A DNA stretch of 64,000 nucleotides, taken from NCBI GenBank assembly GCA_965261005.1, contig OZ253376.1, positions 32,001 through 96,000 on the forward strand, in the 5' to 3' direction. The notes under the pieces were generated by a model. That model searched no databases. It had not been told where the DNA came from and worked only from the letters and a program-made list of their open reading frames with translations. Origin of the DNA: Deinococcus sp. (lineage in GTDB: Bacteria; Deinococcota; Deinococci; Deinococcales; Deinococcaceae). Shown here one piece after another: positions 31,292 through 40,350 of the stretch; the stretch's first letter is position 1, and the number at the start of each line of letters is the position of its first letter. Position numbers and translations under genes: made by a program.

Positions 31292-33394
31292 TTACTTGAG
31301 CGCGACGGTCAGGGACTGGCCGGGCGCAAGAGTCCAGCTGGAGACGGGCCGCCCGCCGTAGACCGTGGTCGCGCCGCCGGTCAGCCCGCTGACAAAGGCG
31401 GCGCCGCCGTTTGGCGAGGTCAAGGTGACGGTCCCCGCGCCGTAATTCACCAAGGCGCGCACGTTGCTCTTCATAAAGGTGGTGCGGCGGCTCATGTAGG
31501 CGCCCAAGTCGTCCCACTTGAGGGTGTTGAGCGGCAGGGTGCTGTAGCGGTTGTACTTGGTGAGCAGCGCGTTTTCCCAGTCACCGGCGACGCTCTTGCC
31601 GGGGGCGTACTGGTACAGATTGGCGGTGTGCATGTAGTGCGGGTAGGCGCCGCCGGCCAGCACGTGGCTGAGGGCGATGTCGGTCTCCTTGTCGAGGATT
31701 TCGGCGTAGCTGAGGGCGTGGTCCCAGTACGCGAAGGTGCCGCCGGGGCCGTACACCGAGTTGTACGACGCGCTGATCTCGGTCGGGTTGGCGGCGTCGT
31801 AGAACATGTTGGTGGGCCAGCGCGGCACCAGCAGAATGCTCGGCTTCAGGGGATGGAAGATGCCGCAGCCCGCGCAGCTCGGGTCCCACTGGCTCGCCAC
31901 CGAGTGGTTGGAGGCCAGGTAGCGGACGCCCGCCTTTTCGGCCGCCTGCAAAAAGGCGGGATTGGAGGCGCTGAGGCCGTAGTCGGTCTTGGGACCGTCG
32001 CCGCCCTTGTTGTAGTAGCCCAGGCCCGACATGTCCCCGGTGGTCAGGCTCCCCGCGCTGCGCGTGAGACCCAACGCGGCGCCAATGCTGTTGTTGCCCG
32101 CCAGCTGCTGGTAAGACTGGTCGTAGTTCAGAGAATCCATGTACTCGTGGTCGCGGGTATGGCTGACCCAGTCGAAGGTGCCCGAGAGACACTTGCTGGC
32201 GCTGGTGAGGGGGTCAGGACCGCCGACCTTGGGGTCACAGCTCTTCGGGGCGCCCGTGTTGGCGCCGCCGCCGTTGAAGAAGATCGAGAAGCGAAAGGCG
32301 CGCGCGGTGTCGTAGCCAGCGCGAATGGCGTTCTGTTGGTCGCGCAGCGAGAGGGCGTCGGACGGCGCCATGCGCGTGGCGTCGGGCAGGACGTTTCCGC
32401 TGGCAGGGTCGTAGCGGTCGTTCGCGAGAAACCAGTCGTCGATGTCAAGCTGGTTATAGCGGCGGTACTCGCCCAGGTACAGCCCCCTTGTCACCCAGTT
32501 CACCAGATCGGCGCCCAGCAGCTCGGTGTGCAGCAGGTACTGGTTGTGCGCGAAGGTGAGCGCCAAGCGCTCGCGCCCGTCGGCGGCGCTCGACAGCGCG
32601 CCCATCACGCGGCCCTGCGCGTCGGTCAGGATGGGCTGCACGCTCGCGACGCCGTCCGCCGGCGTCACGGTGGCCGGGTAGTTCCAAGCGGAGCGGACCG
32701 GCAGGCTGGTTCCTGCCCGGAGATCGCCCAGCACCCCGCCGCCGGCCGCCGCAACGCTCAAATCGGCGTGGTCGGAGGCGCTGCCGTCCACATAGCGCAG
32801 GCCGTAGTCCTCGGGCCAGCTGCCGGGAAAGGTGTACAGCGAGAGTTGGCGCGCGTGGTAGGTGCGCTCGTACTGCCATAGAGTGGCCCACTCGGTCGCG
32901 CTAAGGGCGCTGTCCCAACCGCCCGTGTCGGTCTGGTACAAGAGGGCGTTATTGGTCAGGATCACCCCTTGGTAGCGCCCCGAGCCGTCCGCGCCCGCGA
33001 TCAGGCTGTCCTCGGTGAGGGGGGTGGTGGTCGCGTCGAGCACGTCGAAGGGCACGCCGGATTGTCCGAGCATGGCCCTCGCAGAATCGAGGTTGGGGTC
33101 GGCGGTGCCCGCCGTGATCACCAGCATTTTGAGCGCGACCAAGTTCGGGTTGGCCGTGATGCTCAGAGGGCGCGCGGGGGTATGAATGGCGGGACCGCGA
33201 AAGTTGGGAAGCTTTTGCAGATTGGGGGTCGGCGTGACCACGGGCGAGGTGGATAAGTAGGGCGCGACGTGCGTGTGACCTGCGACGGGCGCGTCAGCTT
33301 GGGTGGCGGGCTGGGAGCCGCCGCAGGCGGCGAGCAGCGTGGCGGTCAGGGCGAGCAGGGCACAAGCGCGGAGTGGGTTCATGGGTGTCCTCAT
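31292..33394 (-). CDS. Lipoprotein, Agd3-like (CE18) polysaccharide deacetylase
   Basis: Lipobox LLAAC; VNWVTRGLYLG, LDIDDWFL, WVSHTRDH and YMHTANL resemble Agd3-family metal/catalytic motifs. Confidence 0.75.
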   Translation of the reverse strand: MRTPMNPLRACALLALTATLLAACGGSQPATQADAPVAGHTHVAPYLSTSPVVTPTPNLQKLPNFRGPAIHTPARPLSITANPNLVALKMLVITAGTADPNLDSARAMLGQSGVPFDVLDATTTPLTEDSLIAGADGSGRYQGVILTNNALLYQTDTGGWDSALSATEWATLWQYERTYHARQLSLYTFPGSWPEDYGLRYVDGSASDHADLSVAAAGGGVLGDLRAGTSLPVRSAWNYPATVTPADGVASVQPILTDAQGRVMGALSSAADGRERLALTFAHNQYLLHTELLGADLVNWVTRGLYLGEYRRYNQLDIDDWFLANDRYDPASGNVLPDATRMAPSDALSLRDQQNAIRAGYDTARAFRFSIFFNGGGANTGAPKSCDPKVGGPDPLTSASKCLSGTFDWVSHTRDHEYMDSLNYDQSYQQLAGNNSIGAALGLTRSAGSLTTGDMSGLGYYNKGGDGPKTDYGLSASNPAFLQAAEKAGVRYLASNHSVASQWDPSCAGCGIFHPLKPSILLVPRWPTNMFYDAANPTEISASYNSVYGPGGTFAYWDHALSYAEILDKETDIALSHVLAGGAYPHYMHTANLYQYAPGKSVAGDWENALLTKYNRYSTLPLNTLKWDDLGAYMSRRTTFMKSNVRALVNYGAGTVTLTSPNGGAAFVSGLTGGATTVYGGRPVSSWTLAPGQSLTVALK

Positions 33395-34290
33395 GTCAGG
33401 CTCAAGCGGGTGCAAGACGGGTCGCTGGCGTCCTTCCACAGGGCGCCCAGCGCGTCTTCGAGGGTGTAGAGAGGGCGCCAGCCGAGCTGGCGCAGCCGGG
33501 AAACGTCGGCGTGCTGCCACGCCACCTGCGCGGAGCGCGCCGAGCCGTCCGCCCGCTCGCTGATGCGCCCGGCGTAGCTGGCCAGCCGGGCCAGCTCCTC
33601 GACCAAGCTGCGGGCGCGCGTCGCCACGCCGAGACCGACGTTCAGCAGCGCTTCAAGGGGGCCGGCGCGCAGCACCGCCTCCACGGCGCGGGCCACGTCG
33701 CGCGCGTCCACGAAGTCGCGCCCGGCGCTCAGGTCCCCAAAGGCGACTTCCCCGTCGCCGCGCTGCACGGCCTGCCGAAACTCCAAGGCGGCGCGGCCGG
33801 TCAGCGTCTGGCTGCTTTGCCCCTTGCCGATGGGGTTGCACACCCGCAGCACCGTGACGGGCAGACGCTCACGGGCGTCCAGCAAAGCCTGGGTGGCCGC
33901 CAGCTTGCTCTGCCCGTAAGGGCTGGCCGGGCGCGCCGGGGTGTCCTCGCTGACCAGCTGTACCTGCGGGCCGTATTCGGCGGCGGAGCCGAAGTGAACG
34001 ATCCAGGGCGGGCGGGCGCAGGCCTCGGCCGCCTCGATCAGGTTGTAAACCAGGGTGACGTTGGCGGCGCGCAGTTCCTCTGGGCCGCCTTGGGTGCGGC
34101 CGGCACAGTTGACCACGGCTTCCGGCGCCGCGCGGCCGAGCAAGTCTCTCCAGGTGCCGTGAGCGGCGCGCGACAAGTCGAGTTCGTGTGAGCGCGGCCC
34201 CGCGACCACCGTGAAGCCCACTTGCCCAGCGAGGTGCTCATACACGTGCTGGCCCAAAAAGCCGTGCGCGCCGAGAACCAGAATTCGCAT
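33391..34290 (-). CDS. NAD-dependent NDP-sugar epimerase/reductase
   Basis: LGAHGFLG, VVNCAG, GSAAEYG, YGQSK, RDFVDARDVA. Confidence 0.88.
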   Translation of the reverse strand: MRILVLGAHGFLGQHVYEHLAGQVGFTVVAGPRSHELDLSRAAHGTWRDLLGRAAPEAVVNCAGRTQGGPEELRAANVTLVYNLIEAAEACARPPWIVHFGSAAEYGPQVQLVSEDTPARPASPYGQSKLAATQALLDARERLPVTVLRVCNPIGKGQSSQTLTGRAALEFRQAVQRGDGEVAFGDLSAGRDFVDARDVARAVEAVLRAGPLEALLNVGLGVATRARSLVEELARLASYAGRISERADGSARSAQVAWQHADVSRLRQLGWRPLYTLEDALGALWKDASDPSCTRLSLT

Positions 34291-35039
34291 CAGATGGCCA
34301 GCGCGCGGGTCAGGTCCGGCGTGACGCGCAGGTGGGGCAGCAGGCGCAGCTCCAGATCCTCGAACTGCGCGTTGGCCCGGTCGTAGTCGTCGGGGCGACC
34401 GATGTCGAGCCAGTAGCCCCCAAAGGCGAAGCTGGCGGGGGGCGTGCCGGCGCGCAGCAAATCCAAGATCAGATTGTCCACGCCGAGGGCCTGCCCCGCC
34501 TCGTAGCCGCGCAGCGTCTCGCGGCTAAAGGCGTACACGCCCATGCTGACGTCGAAGTCGAACACCGGCTTTTCGCGGAAGCCCACGATGTTGCCGTCCC
34601 GAACGTCCAGCACCCCGAACTCGCTGCTGACTTGGCGCTGAAAGGTCGCGACCGTAACGGGAGCGTTGCCGCGCGCGTGGCTGCACAGCAAATCGGCGAA
34701 GTTGAGGTCGGTCAGGATGTCCCCGTTCATCATCAGGAAGTGCTCGGGCAACTGGTCCAGAATCGGCACCAGCGGGCCGACGGTGCCGAGGGGCGTCTCT
34801 TCCTCGACGTAGCGCACGTCGAGGCCGAAGCGGGCGCCGTCGCCGACAAAGGCCCGGATCAAGGCGCCCATGTGACCGATGGCCAGCGTGACGCTGCTCA
34901 CGCCGTGGTGGCGCAGCTGAAGCAGCAGGATTTCGAGAATGGCGTAGCGGTCACCGATGGGGACGAGCGGCTTGGGAACGCAGGTCGTGTAGGGGCGCAG
35001 CCGCGTGCCTTTTCCGCCGGCGAGAATTACTGCGTGCAT
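34290..35039 (-). CDS. Sugar-phosphate nucleotidyltransferase
   Basis: AVILAGGKGTRLRPYT...PKPL, EETPLGT, NGDILTD, FREKP, WLDIG; AGGAGG RBS. Confidence 0.92.
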   Translation of the reverse strand: MHAVILAGGKGTRLRPYTTCVPKPLVPIGDRYAILEILLLQLRHHGVSSVTLAIGHMGALIRAFVGDGARFGLDVRYVEEETPLGTVGPLVPILDQLPEHFLMMNGDILTDLNFADLLCSHARGNAPVTVATFQRQVSSEFGVLDVRDGNIVGFREKPVFDFDVSMGVYAFSRETLRGYEAGQALGVDNLILDLLRAGTPPASFAFGGYWLDIGRPDDYDRANAQFEDLELRLLPHLRVTPDLTRALAI

Positions 35040-35112
35040 GGGGAACCTCCTGGTGGTCGTGAGCGGGCGGGCAAAGGACGCGGCGCGGACGCGGGCAAAG
35101 GTAAACGTCAAA

Positions 35113-36105
35113 TCAGACGTTGTAGAGGTTGGTCTTGTAGCGGGCCAGGTTGGCGGGGTCGGCGAACCAGTCCACCGTGCGCGCGAGGCCGCCGCGCAGG
35201 GTGGTGCGTGGGCGCCAGGGCGTCAGGCGCAACAGCTCGCCGTTGTCGCACACCAAGCGGCGCACCTCCGAAGCGGGTGGGCGCACGCGCGCGCCCTCTT
35301 GGCGCACCTCGGCGGGGCGCCCCATCACCTCGGCGATCAGGTCCACGAGGTCGCCGACGCTGATCTCGGCGTTGTTGCCCGCGTTGAGGGTGCGGCCCAG
35401 CACCTCGGGGCCGGCCGCGCCCACCGCCACAAAGGCGCGCGCGGTGTCCTCGACAAAGGTAAAGTCGCGCGTGGGCGACAGGTCGCCGAGCTTCACCTGC
35501 ACCTCGCCGGCCGAGAGCTGCGAGATGATGTTGCTGATGACGGCGCGCGCGCTTTGCCGGGGGCCGTAGGTGTTGAAGGGGCGCAGGGTCACCACCGGCA
35601 GATCGAAGCTGAGGGCGTAGCTGCTCACGAGTTGGTCGGCGCCGGCCTTGGACGCGGCGTAGGGAGACTGCGGATGAATTGGGTGGTGCTCGCTGATCGG
35701 CACGGTTTGGGCGGTGCCGTAGACCTCGCTGGTCGAGGTGTGCACGACGCGTGGCGTGCCGAGTTCGCGCGCGCTCTCCAGGACGTTGAGGGTGCCGATG
35801 ATGTTGGTCTCGATGTACGAGCGCGGCGCTTGGTACGAGTAGGGAATGGCGATCAGGGCCGCCAAGTGGTAAAGCGCCCCCGCGCCGGTCATCAAGGCGC
35901 GCACCGAGCCGGGGTCGCGCACGTCGCCGCTCTGCACCTCGACGTGCTCCATTACCTCGGGCGAAAGGCTCTCCAGCCAGCCCCAATTGCCAAACGAGTT
36001 GTACTGCACCATGGCGCGCACCCTCACGCCCTCACGCACCAAGGCCTCCACAAGGTGAGACCCGATAAATCCCTCTGCTCCGGTGACGGCGACAAACTCT
36101 TGCAT
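35113..36105 (-). CDS. NDP-sugar 4,6-dehydratase (LegB/GMD-like)
   Basis: VTGAEGFIGSHL, YNSFGNWGWL, HLAALIAIPYSY, TSTSEVYG, YAASK, RPFNTYGPRQS. Confidence 0.9.
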   Translation of the reverse strand: MQEFVAVTGAEGFIGSHLVEALVREGVRVRAMVQYNSFGNWGWLESLSPEVMEHVEVQSGDVRDPGSVRALMTGAGALYHLAALIAIPYSYQAPRSYIETNIIGTLNVLESARELGTPRVVHTSTSEVYGTAQTVPISEHHPIHPQSPYAASKAGADQLVSSYALSFDLPVVTLRPFNTYGPRQSARAVISNIISQLSAGEVQVKLGDLSPTRDFTFVEDTARAFVAVGAAGPEVLGRTLNAGNNAEISVGDLVDLIAEVMGRPAEVRQEGARVRPPASEVRRLVCDNGELLRLTPWRPRTTLRGGLARTVDWFADPANLARYKTNLYNV

Positions 36106-36136
36106 GCAACTCCTCCTTGAAAAATGAATGTTGAAC

Positions 36137-37492
36137 TCAGCGGTAGGTGGTGGGCACGAGCAAGGCGTAGAGGACGCCCAGCAGCAAAACCAGCAGCGCG
36201 GCCGAGGCGCTCACCAGCGCGGCGGACGAAAGGTGAAGGGCGTGAAAGGTCAGAAAGGTAAGGCTGCCAACCAGCCAGGCCAAGCCGGGCGCCCAGGCCC
36301 AGCCGAAGTTGCCGAGAATAGCCCCCAGCAGCAACGCGCAACCGTAGACGACCAGCGGCGGCGCCAGCGCGCCGGGGGCGAGCAGCGTGGGCAGGCCGCC
36401 GGGGATCGTGACCAGCAAAAAGGCGGCGATCAGCGCGCTCAGCGCGCCGGCGTAGGCCAGCACCAGCCCGGCGAGCACCAGGAAGCTGACCAGCGCCAGC
36501 AAGCGCAAATCGCCGAAACGGGCGGCGGCGCGGCGCAGGACGTTTTGGTAGGCCAGCATCAACACCTCCATCACGCCGATGCTGGCGATCACCGGCAGCA
36601 GCGCGCTGCTGCCGAGGTCGCGCAGCAGCGCGCTGCCGAAGGCGGCGGTCACGAACACGGCGCAGCTCCAGCCGCTCCAGGCGTGGGCCAGGGCGCGCGA
36701 CAAGGGGGGGCGCGGCCCAGTCGGCCCGTCCGTCAGCGGCAGCTTGCTGAACAGCGCGATCACCGGCAGCGCCGCACAGCCCAACACGGCCCAGAGAATG
36801 TGCGCTGCCGGCGCGAGCGGCCAGCGCAGGGCGACCGCAGCGCAGTACACCAGGCTCGGCAGGTAGGGCACAAAGGCGAGCAGCGGCTGGCGCATCACCA
36901 GCAGCGCGCCGAAGGCGGTCAGGGCCAGCGCGCTCAGGGCGCCGGCGCCGGCGGCCACCAGCACCGGGGCGCCCAGCAAAGCGGCGGGCACGGCGCACAG
37001 CAGCGCGGCGGCGGGGGCCGCGAGCAGCGTGGCCAAGCGCAAGAAGCGCTGCTGCGGGGCACCGGACAGGGCGTAGCCGACGCTGGCCATGCCCTGGCTC
37101 CAACCCCACCCGAACACCACGGCCGTGAACAGCGCCAGCTGCACGCCGGAGGCGCCACGCAGCCCCAGGGCGGCGGCGGTCAGGGCCGCGCCGGGCATGG
37201 CGTAGAGCAGGCCGCGACCCAGAAAGTTCCAGGCCAGCCTTTCCGGCTTGCCGCGCTCGCGGGCGCCGCCCTTGTAGGGAAACTGCACGAACAGCGCCTC
37301 GGCGCAGGCGAACACGCTGGCGTAGCCATAACGCTCACGCGCCAGCTCGTCGTTCATACCGATGGACTCCAGCGCCGCCGCAATTTCCTCGGGCTGGGTG
37401 GCTTGGGCGCAGGCTTGGCCGATCTCGCGGCCGAGGCGGAACAGCCGCGGATCGATCAAGCTCGGGTCTGAGGTGGCGGCAAGGCTGAGCAA
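36137..37492 (-). CDS. Polytopic membrane protein, putative PelG-like polysaccharide export protein
   Basis: GGAGG RBS before TTG; many TM helices; EIAAALESIG...YGYASVFACAE N-domain; directly downstream of the PelF-like GT. Confidence 0.65.
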   Translation of the reverse strand: MLSLAATSDPSLIDPRLFRLGREIGQACAQATQPEEIAAALESIGMNDELARERYGYASVFACAEALFVQFPYKGGARERGKPERLAWNFLGRGLLYAMPGAALTAAALGLRGASGVQLALFTAVVFGWGWSQGMASVGYALSGAPQQRFLRLATLLAAPAAALLCAVPAALLGAPVLVAAGAGALSALALTAFGALLVMRQPLLAFVPYLPSLVYCAAVALRWPLAPAAHILWAVLGCAALPVIALFSKLPLTDGPTGPRPPLSRALAHAWSGWSCAVFVTAAFGSALLRDLGSSALLPVIASIGVMEVLMLAYQNVLRRAAARFGDLRLLALVSFLVLAGLVLAYAGALSALIAAFLLVTIPGGLPTLLAPGALAPPLVVYGCALLLGAILGNFGWAWAPGLAWLVGSLTFLTFHALHLSSAALVSASAALLVLLLGVLYALLVPTTYR

Positions 37493-37578
37493 GGATGACC
37501 TCCGTGAAACGGAAAGGGGCGGGGACTTCAGGCCGGATGTACATTCGACCTGCGCTGGACACTCGATTTGCAGGGGTG

Positions 37579-39030
37579 TCAGCCAGGGGCGAAACGCAGC
37601 CGCCGGGTATCGCGGTACATGTCGTGGTAGGCGTCAAGGCAATGTTGCAGCGTGAACATCGAGAGCACCCGCTCGCGGGCCTGACGCCCGAGGTCGCGCC
37701 TGAGGGCGTCGTTGCCCAGCAGGTCCAGGCAGGCGTCGGCGACGGCGCGCGGATCGCGCGGCGTCACCACCCGGCCGGCCGTGCCCACCGCCTCGCGCAC
37801 GCCGCCGACGTCGGTGGCGACCATGGGTCGCCCGGTGGCCATCGCCTCAATGACGGTGTAGGGAAAGCCTTCCGAGATGCTGGTGAGCGCGACCACGTGG
37901 CCCGCCTGAAAGGCGTCCACCACCGAACTCGCGCGGCCCTCAAAGGTGGCGTGGCGCTCCAAGCCGAGGTCGCGGATCAGGGCGCGGCAGGCCAGGGCGT
38001 AGCCCTCGTTGCCGCTTGGCACGCTGCCGAACATGCGCAGCCGGGCGTCCGGAATGCGGTCTTGCACCAAGGCGTGCGCGCGAATCAGGGTTTCGAGATC
38101 TTTAAAGGGATCGATGCGGCCGACCCAGGAAATGGTGGGGACAGGAGGCTCCTCGGTCGTGACGGTGAACAGCGTCGGATCGATCCCGTTGTAGGTGGGG
38201 CGCAGCTTGTCGGGATCGGCGCCGAGATGCAGCTGCCAGCGCAAGTTGAACTGCGAGGCGGGCGAAATCACGTCGGCCAAGTGGTAGGCGGCTCGCGTGA
38301 GAACCCGGTAAAAACGCAGCAGAAACGCGCGCGGGTTGGCGGGCAGGTAGACCGAGGGCGGCGTCAGGTAGCGCTCGCGCAGGTACAACCCGTGCTCTGT
38401 CAGCACAAAGGGGGTGCCGTGGGCGCTCTTGGCGGCCAGCGCGGGCAGCACCGAGAGACCGTTGGACACGGCGTGAGAAAGGTCGCTGGGCGCCGTAGGT
38501 GTGGCCAGGGGACGCAGCAAGTGGGCGAGCCACATGTGAGCGTCGAGGGCGTCCTTGACGCTGGGCCGTGGGATCACGTCCGCGTGTCGCGGTCCATCCT
38601 GGCAGGCCGTGGCGTGCTGCGTCCACAAATGCAACAGCAGCTTCGCCGCCTGCGGACGCTCGAGGGCGCCGACCAGATCGTGCTCTTGCGCGAATAAGCT
38701 CAAATCGCTCAGGGCGCGCGTGAAGGGCGCGCTGGCGTCCGGCTCGCCGCTCAGCATCGCCCCGATCAGCTGGGCGTAAGCGTCCTCGAAGAGGTCGAAG
38801 TGCCGCCGCCCCCGCGCGCGCGGCGCGGCACCTTCCCACAGCGGCACGATGGTCACGCGCTTGACGTTGCTGGGCAGCGCGCCGGGCAAGTCGCGCGCGC
38901 CGCCAGTCAAGGCGATCACGTGAAAGTTCGTGTCTTGCAGGCCGGACACCAGCTGTTCGCACCACACGCTGACCCCGCCGGCGTACAGCGGGTAGGTTCC
39001 CTCGGTGATCAGCGTCACTTCGACCGACAT
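37579..39030 (-). CDS. pelF: PelF-like GT4 glycosyltransferase (DUF3492 + GT4)
   Basis: LITEGTYP...GGVSVW, LTEHGLYLRER, YNGID, VGRIDPFKD, TSISEGFP, VATDVGG. Confidence 0.85.
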   Translation of the reverse strand: MSVEVTLITEGTYPLYAGGVSVWCEQLVSGLQDTNFHVIALTGGARDLPGALPSNVKRVTIVPLWEGAAPRARGRRHFDLFEDAYAQLIGAMLSGEPDASAPFTRALSDLSLFAQEHDLVGALERPQAAKLLLHLWTQHATACQDGPRHADVIPRPSVKDALDAHMWLAHLLRPLATPTAPSDLSHAVSNGLSVLPALAAKSAHGTPFVLTEHGLYLRERYLTPPSVYLPANPRAFLLRFYRVLTRAAYHLADVISPASQFNLRWQLHLGADPDKLRPTYNGIDPTLFTVTTEEPPVPTISWVGRIDPFKDLETLIRAHALVQDRIPDARLRMFGSVPSGNEGYALACRALIRDLGLERHATFEGRASSVVDAFQAGHVVALTSISEGFPYTVIEAMATGRPMVATDVGGVREAVGTAGRVVTPRDPRAVADACLDLLGNDALRRDLGRQARERVLSMFTLQHCLDAYHDMYRDTRRLRFAPG

Positions 39031-39048
39031 ATTCCCCGCTCCCGAAGC

Positions 39049-39261
39049 CTAATAGTCGATGCCCAAGTCGGGCGACAAAAAGCGCGCGTCGCGCAGACGC
39101 TCGCGGCTCTCTAACTCGTGCAAACGTTTTTCCAGCTCGGCGTAGGCCTGCGTGAGCGTTTGCAGCGCCGCCGCAAGCTCTACCGGGCTGGCCGGCAAGC
39201 TTGGCATGGCCCGGAGACGCTCTGTTTGAGAAGAAGGGGTGAACGGCTGAACAGGGGGCAT
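39049..39261 (-). CDS. Small hypothetical coiled-coil protein, first gene of the pel-like operon
   Basis: AAGGAG RBS; LQTLTQAYAELEKRLHELE heptads. Confidence 0.6.
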   Translation of the reverse strand: MPPVQPFTPSSQTERLRAMPSLPASPVELAAALQTLTQAYAELEKRLHELESRERLRDARFLSPDLGIDY

Positions 39262-39311
39262 ACAGGCTCCTTACTGCTTGGAAGAATCGGTCTGCTTGGA
39301 AGGGTCGGGAA

Positions 39312-40007
39312 TTACGTCAACTTCAGCAGGTGGTGCTTGAGGGCGGTGCCGGCCTCAAGGGTGGTACGGCTGGAGCGCCGACCGTCGATCACGTGGCCGC
39401 CGGGCACCCGGCGCAGAACGGCCTGCGGGCGAATGGCGTTCAGCTTTCTCAGCAGGCTGTGGACGTGCGTTTGGGCTTGGTGACATTCGCCTTCAAGCTC
39501 TTGACCGCCAAAGGCCTTGCCGGGCTGGCCCATCAACACGCTTAGCACCCTCAGCTCGGGAGCGCTCAGGGGCAGCTCTTGACCGTGAAAAACGGCGCGA
39601 CCTGCGGTGGGGTTGAGCCGCAACGGACCGACCACCAACTCGCTTGGCGACGCTTGGCGCAAGCGTGCCGCAAAGGCGGCCCGCTTTGTCGTGACGGGCG
39701 CGTTGAGCGCCAGGTATGCATCGTGGTCGAGGCCGCCGTGTTCGAGCAGAAAATTCACCAAGCGCGCGGGCAACTCCGGCCCGAAGACCAAGGTGGGCAG
39801 CGGCCTCAAATCCCGAAGCCATCCCGCGAACGTGGTCAGGCTCATCTCGCTCGGGCGAAAGATGGCGACGGCAAGGTCAATTTGCACCATGCGTTCGAGC
39901 CGTCCCGGTCGGTCGGCGTACAGCACCCGGCAATTCAAATGCTCAAGAATGCTGGTCAGCGACGTGAAGGCCGGGCCGGGCGGCCCAAACAGTGCAGCGG
40001 TGGTCAT
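39312..40007 (-). CDS. Atypical OmpR-type regulator (degenerate receiver + winged helix)
   Basis: LVVGPLRLNP...LSAPELRVLSVLM...THVHSLLRKL wHTH; receiver lacks recognisable acidic-pocket motifs; AGGAGGT RBS. Confidence 0.7.
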   Translation of the reverse strand: MTTAALFGPPGPAFTSLTSILEHLNCRVLYADRPGRLERMVQIDLAVAIFRPSEMSLTTFAGWLRDLRPLPTLVFGPELPARLVNFLLEHGGLDHDAYLALNAPVTTKRAAFAARLRQASPSELVVGPLRLNPTAGRAVFHGQELPLSAPELRVLSVLMGQPGKAFGGQELEGECHQAQTHVHSLLRKLNAIRPQAVLRRVPGGHVIDGRRSSRTTLEAGTALKHHLLKLT

Positions 40008-40350
40008 CGTTTCACCTCCTCAAAACCCAGATGTCATGGGAAAGACCTCTGGGCGGCGTGTCTAAAGCGAGCCTTGCAAATGAAGATGGCGTTCTTCTTA
40101 AGCTAAGCTCACTTTCGGCCTGGTGGGTCACAAATCGGCAACAGAGTACGGGTGAGTAGAAAAGTTCGACACAGCGCTTTGCCGGCGATCACGGGCTTGA
40201 GAAATGAAAGCGCCGAACCTCTCATAATTTTCTTGCAAATTTTTCGTAGAGTAGTTTATCTTTTTCTAATTTATAGCTAATGATGGAAAAAGATATGGCG
40301 AGAATCTCATCGCGGACGTAAGGGACGGTGGGCGCGAAAAGGAGCCTGAT

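Noticed and set aside
40008..40350. Possible c-di-GMP riboswitch upstream of the EPS operon
   Set aside because: I could not recognise class I or class II consensus elements by eye; an Infernal/Rfam scan would settle it.
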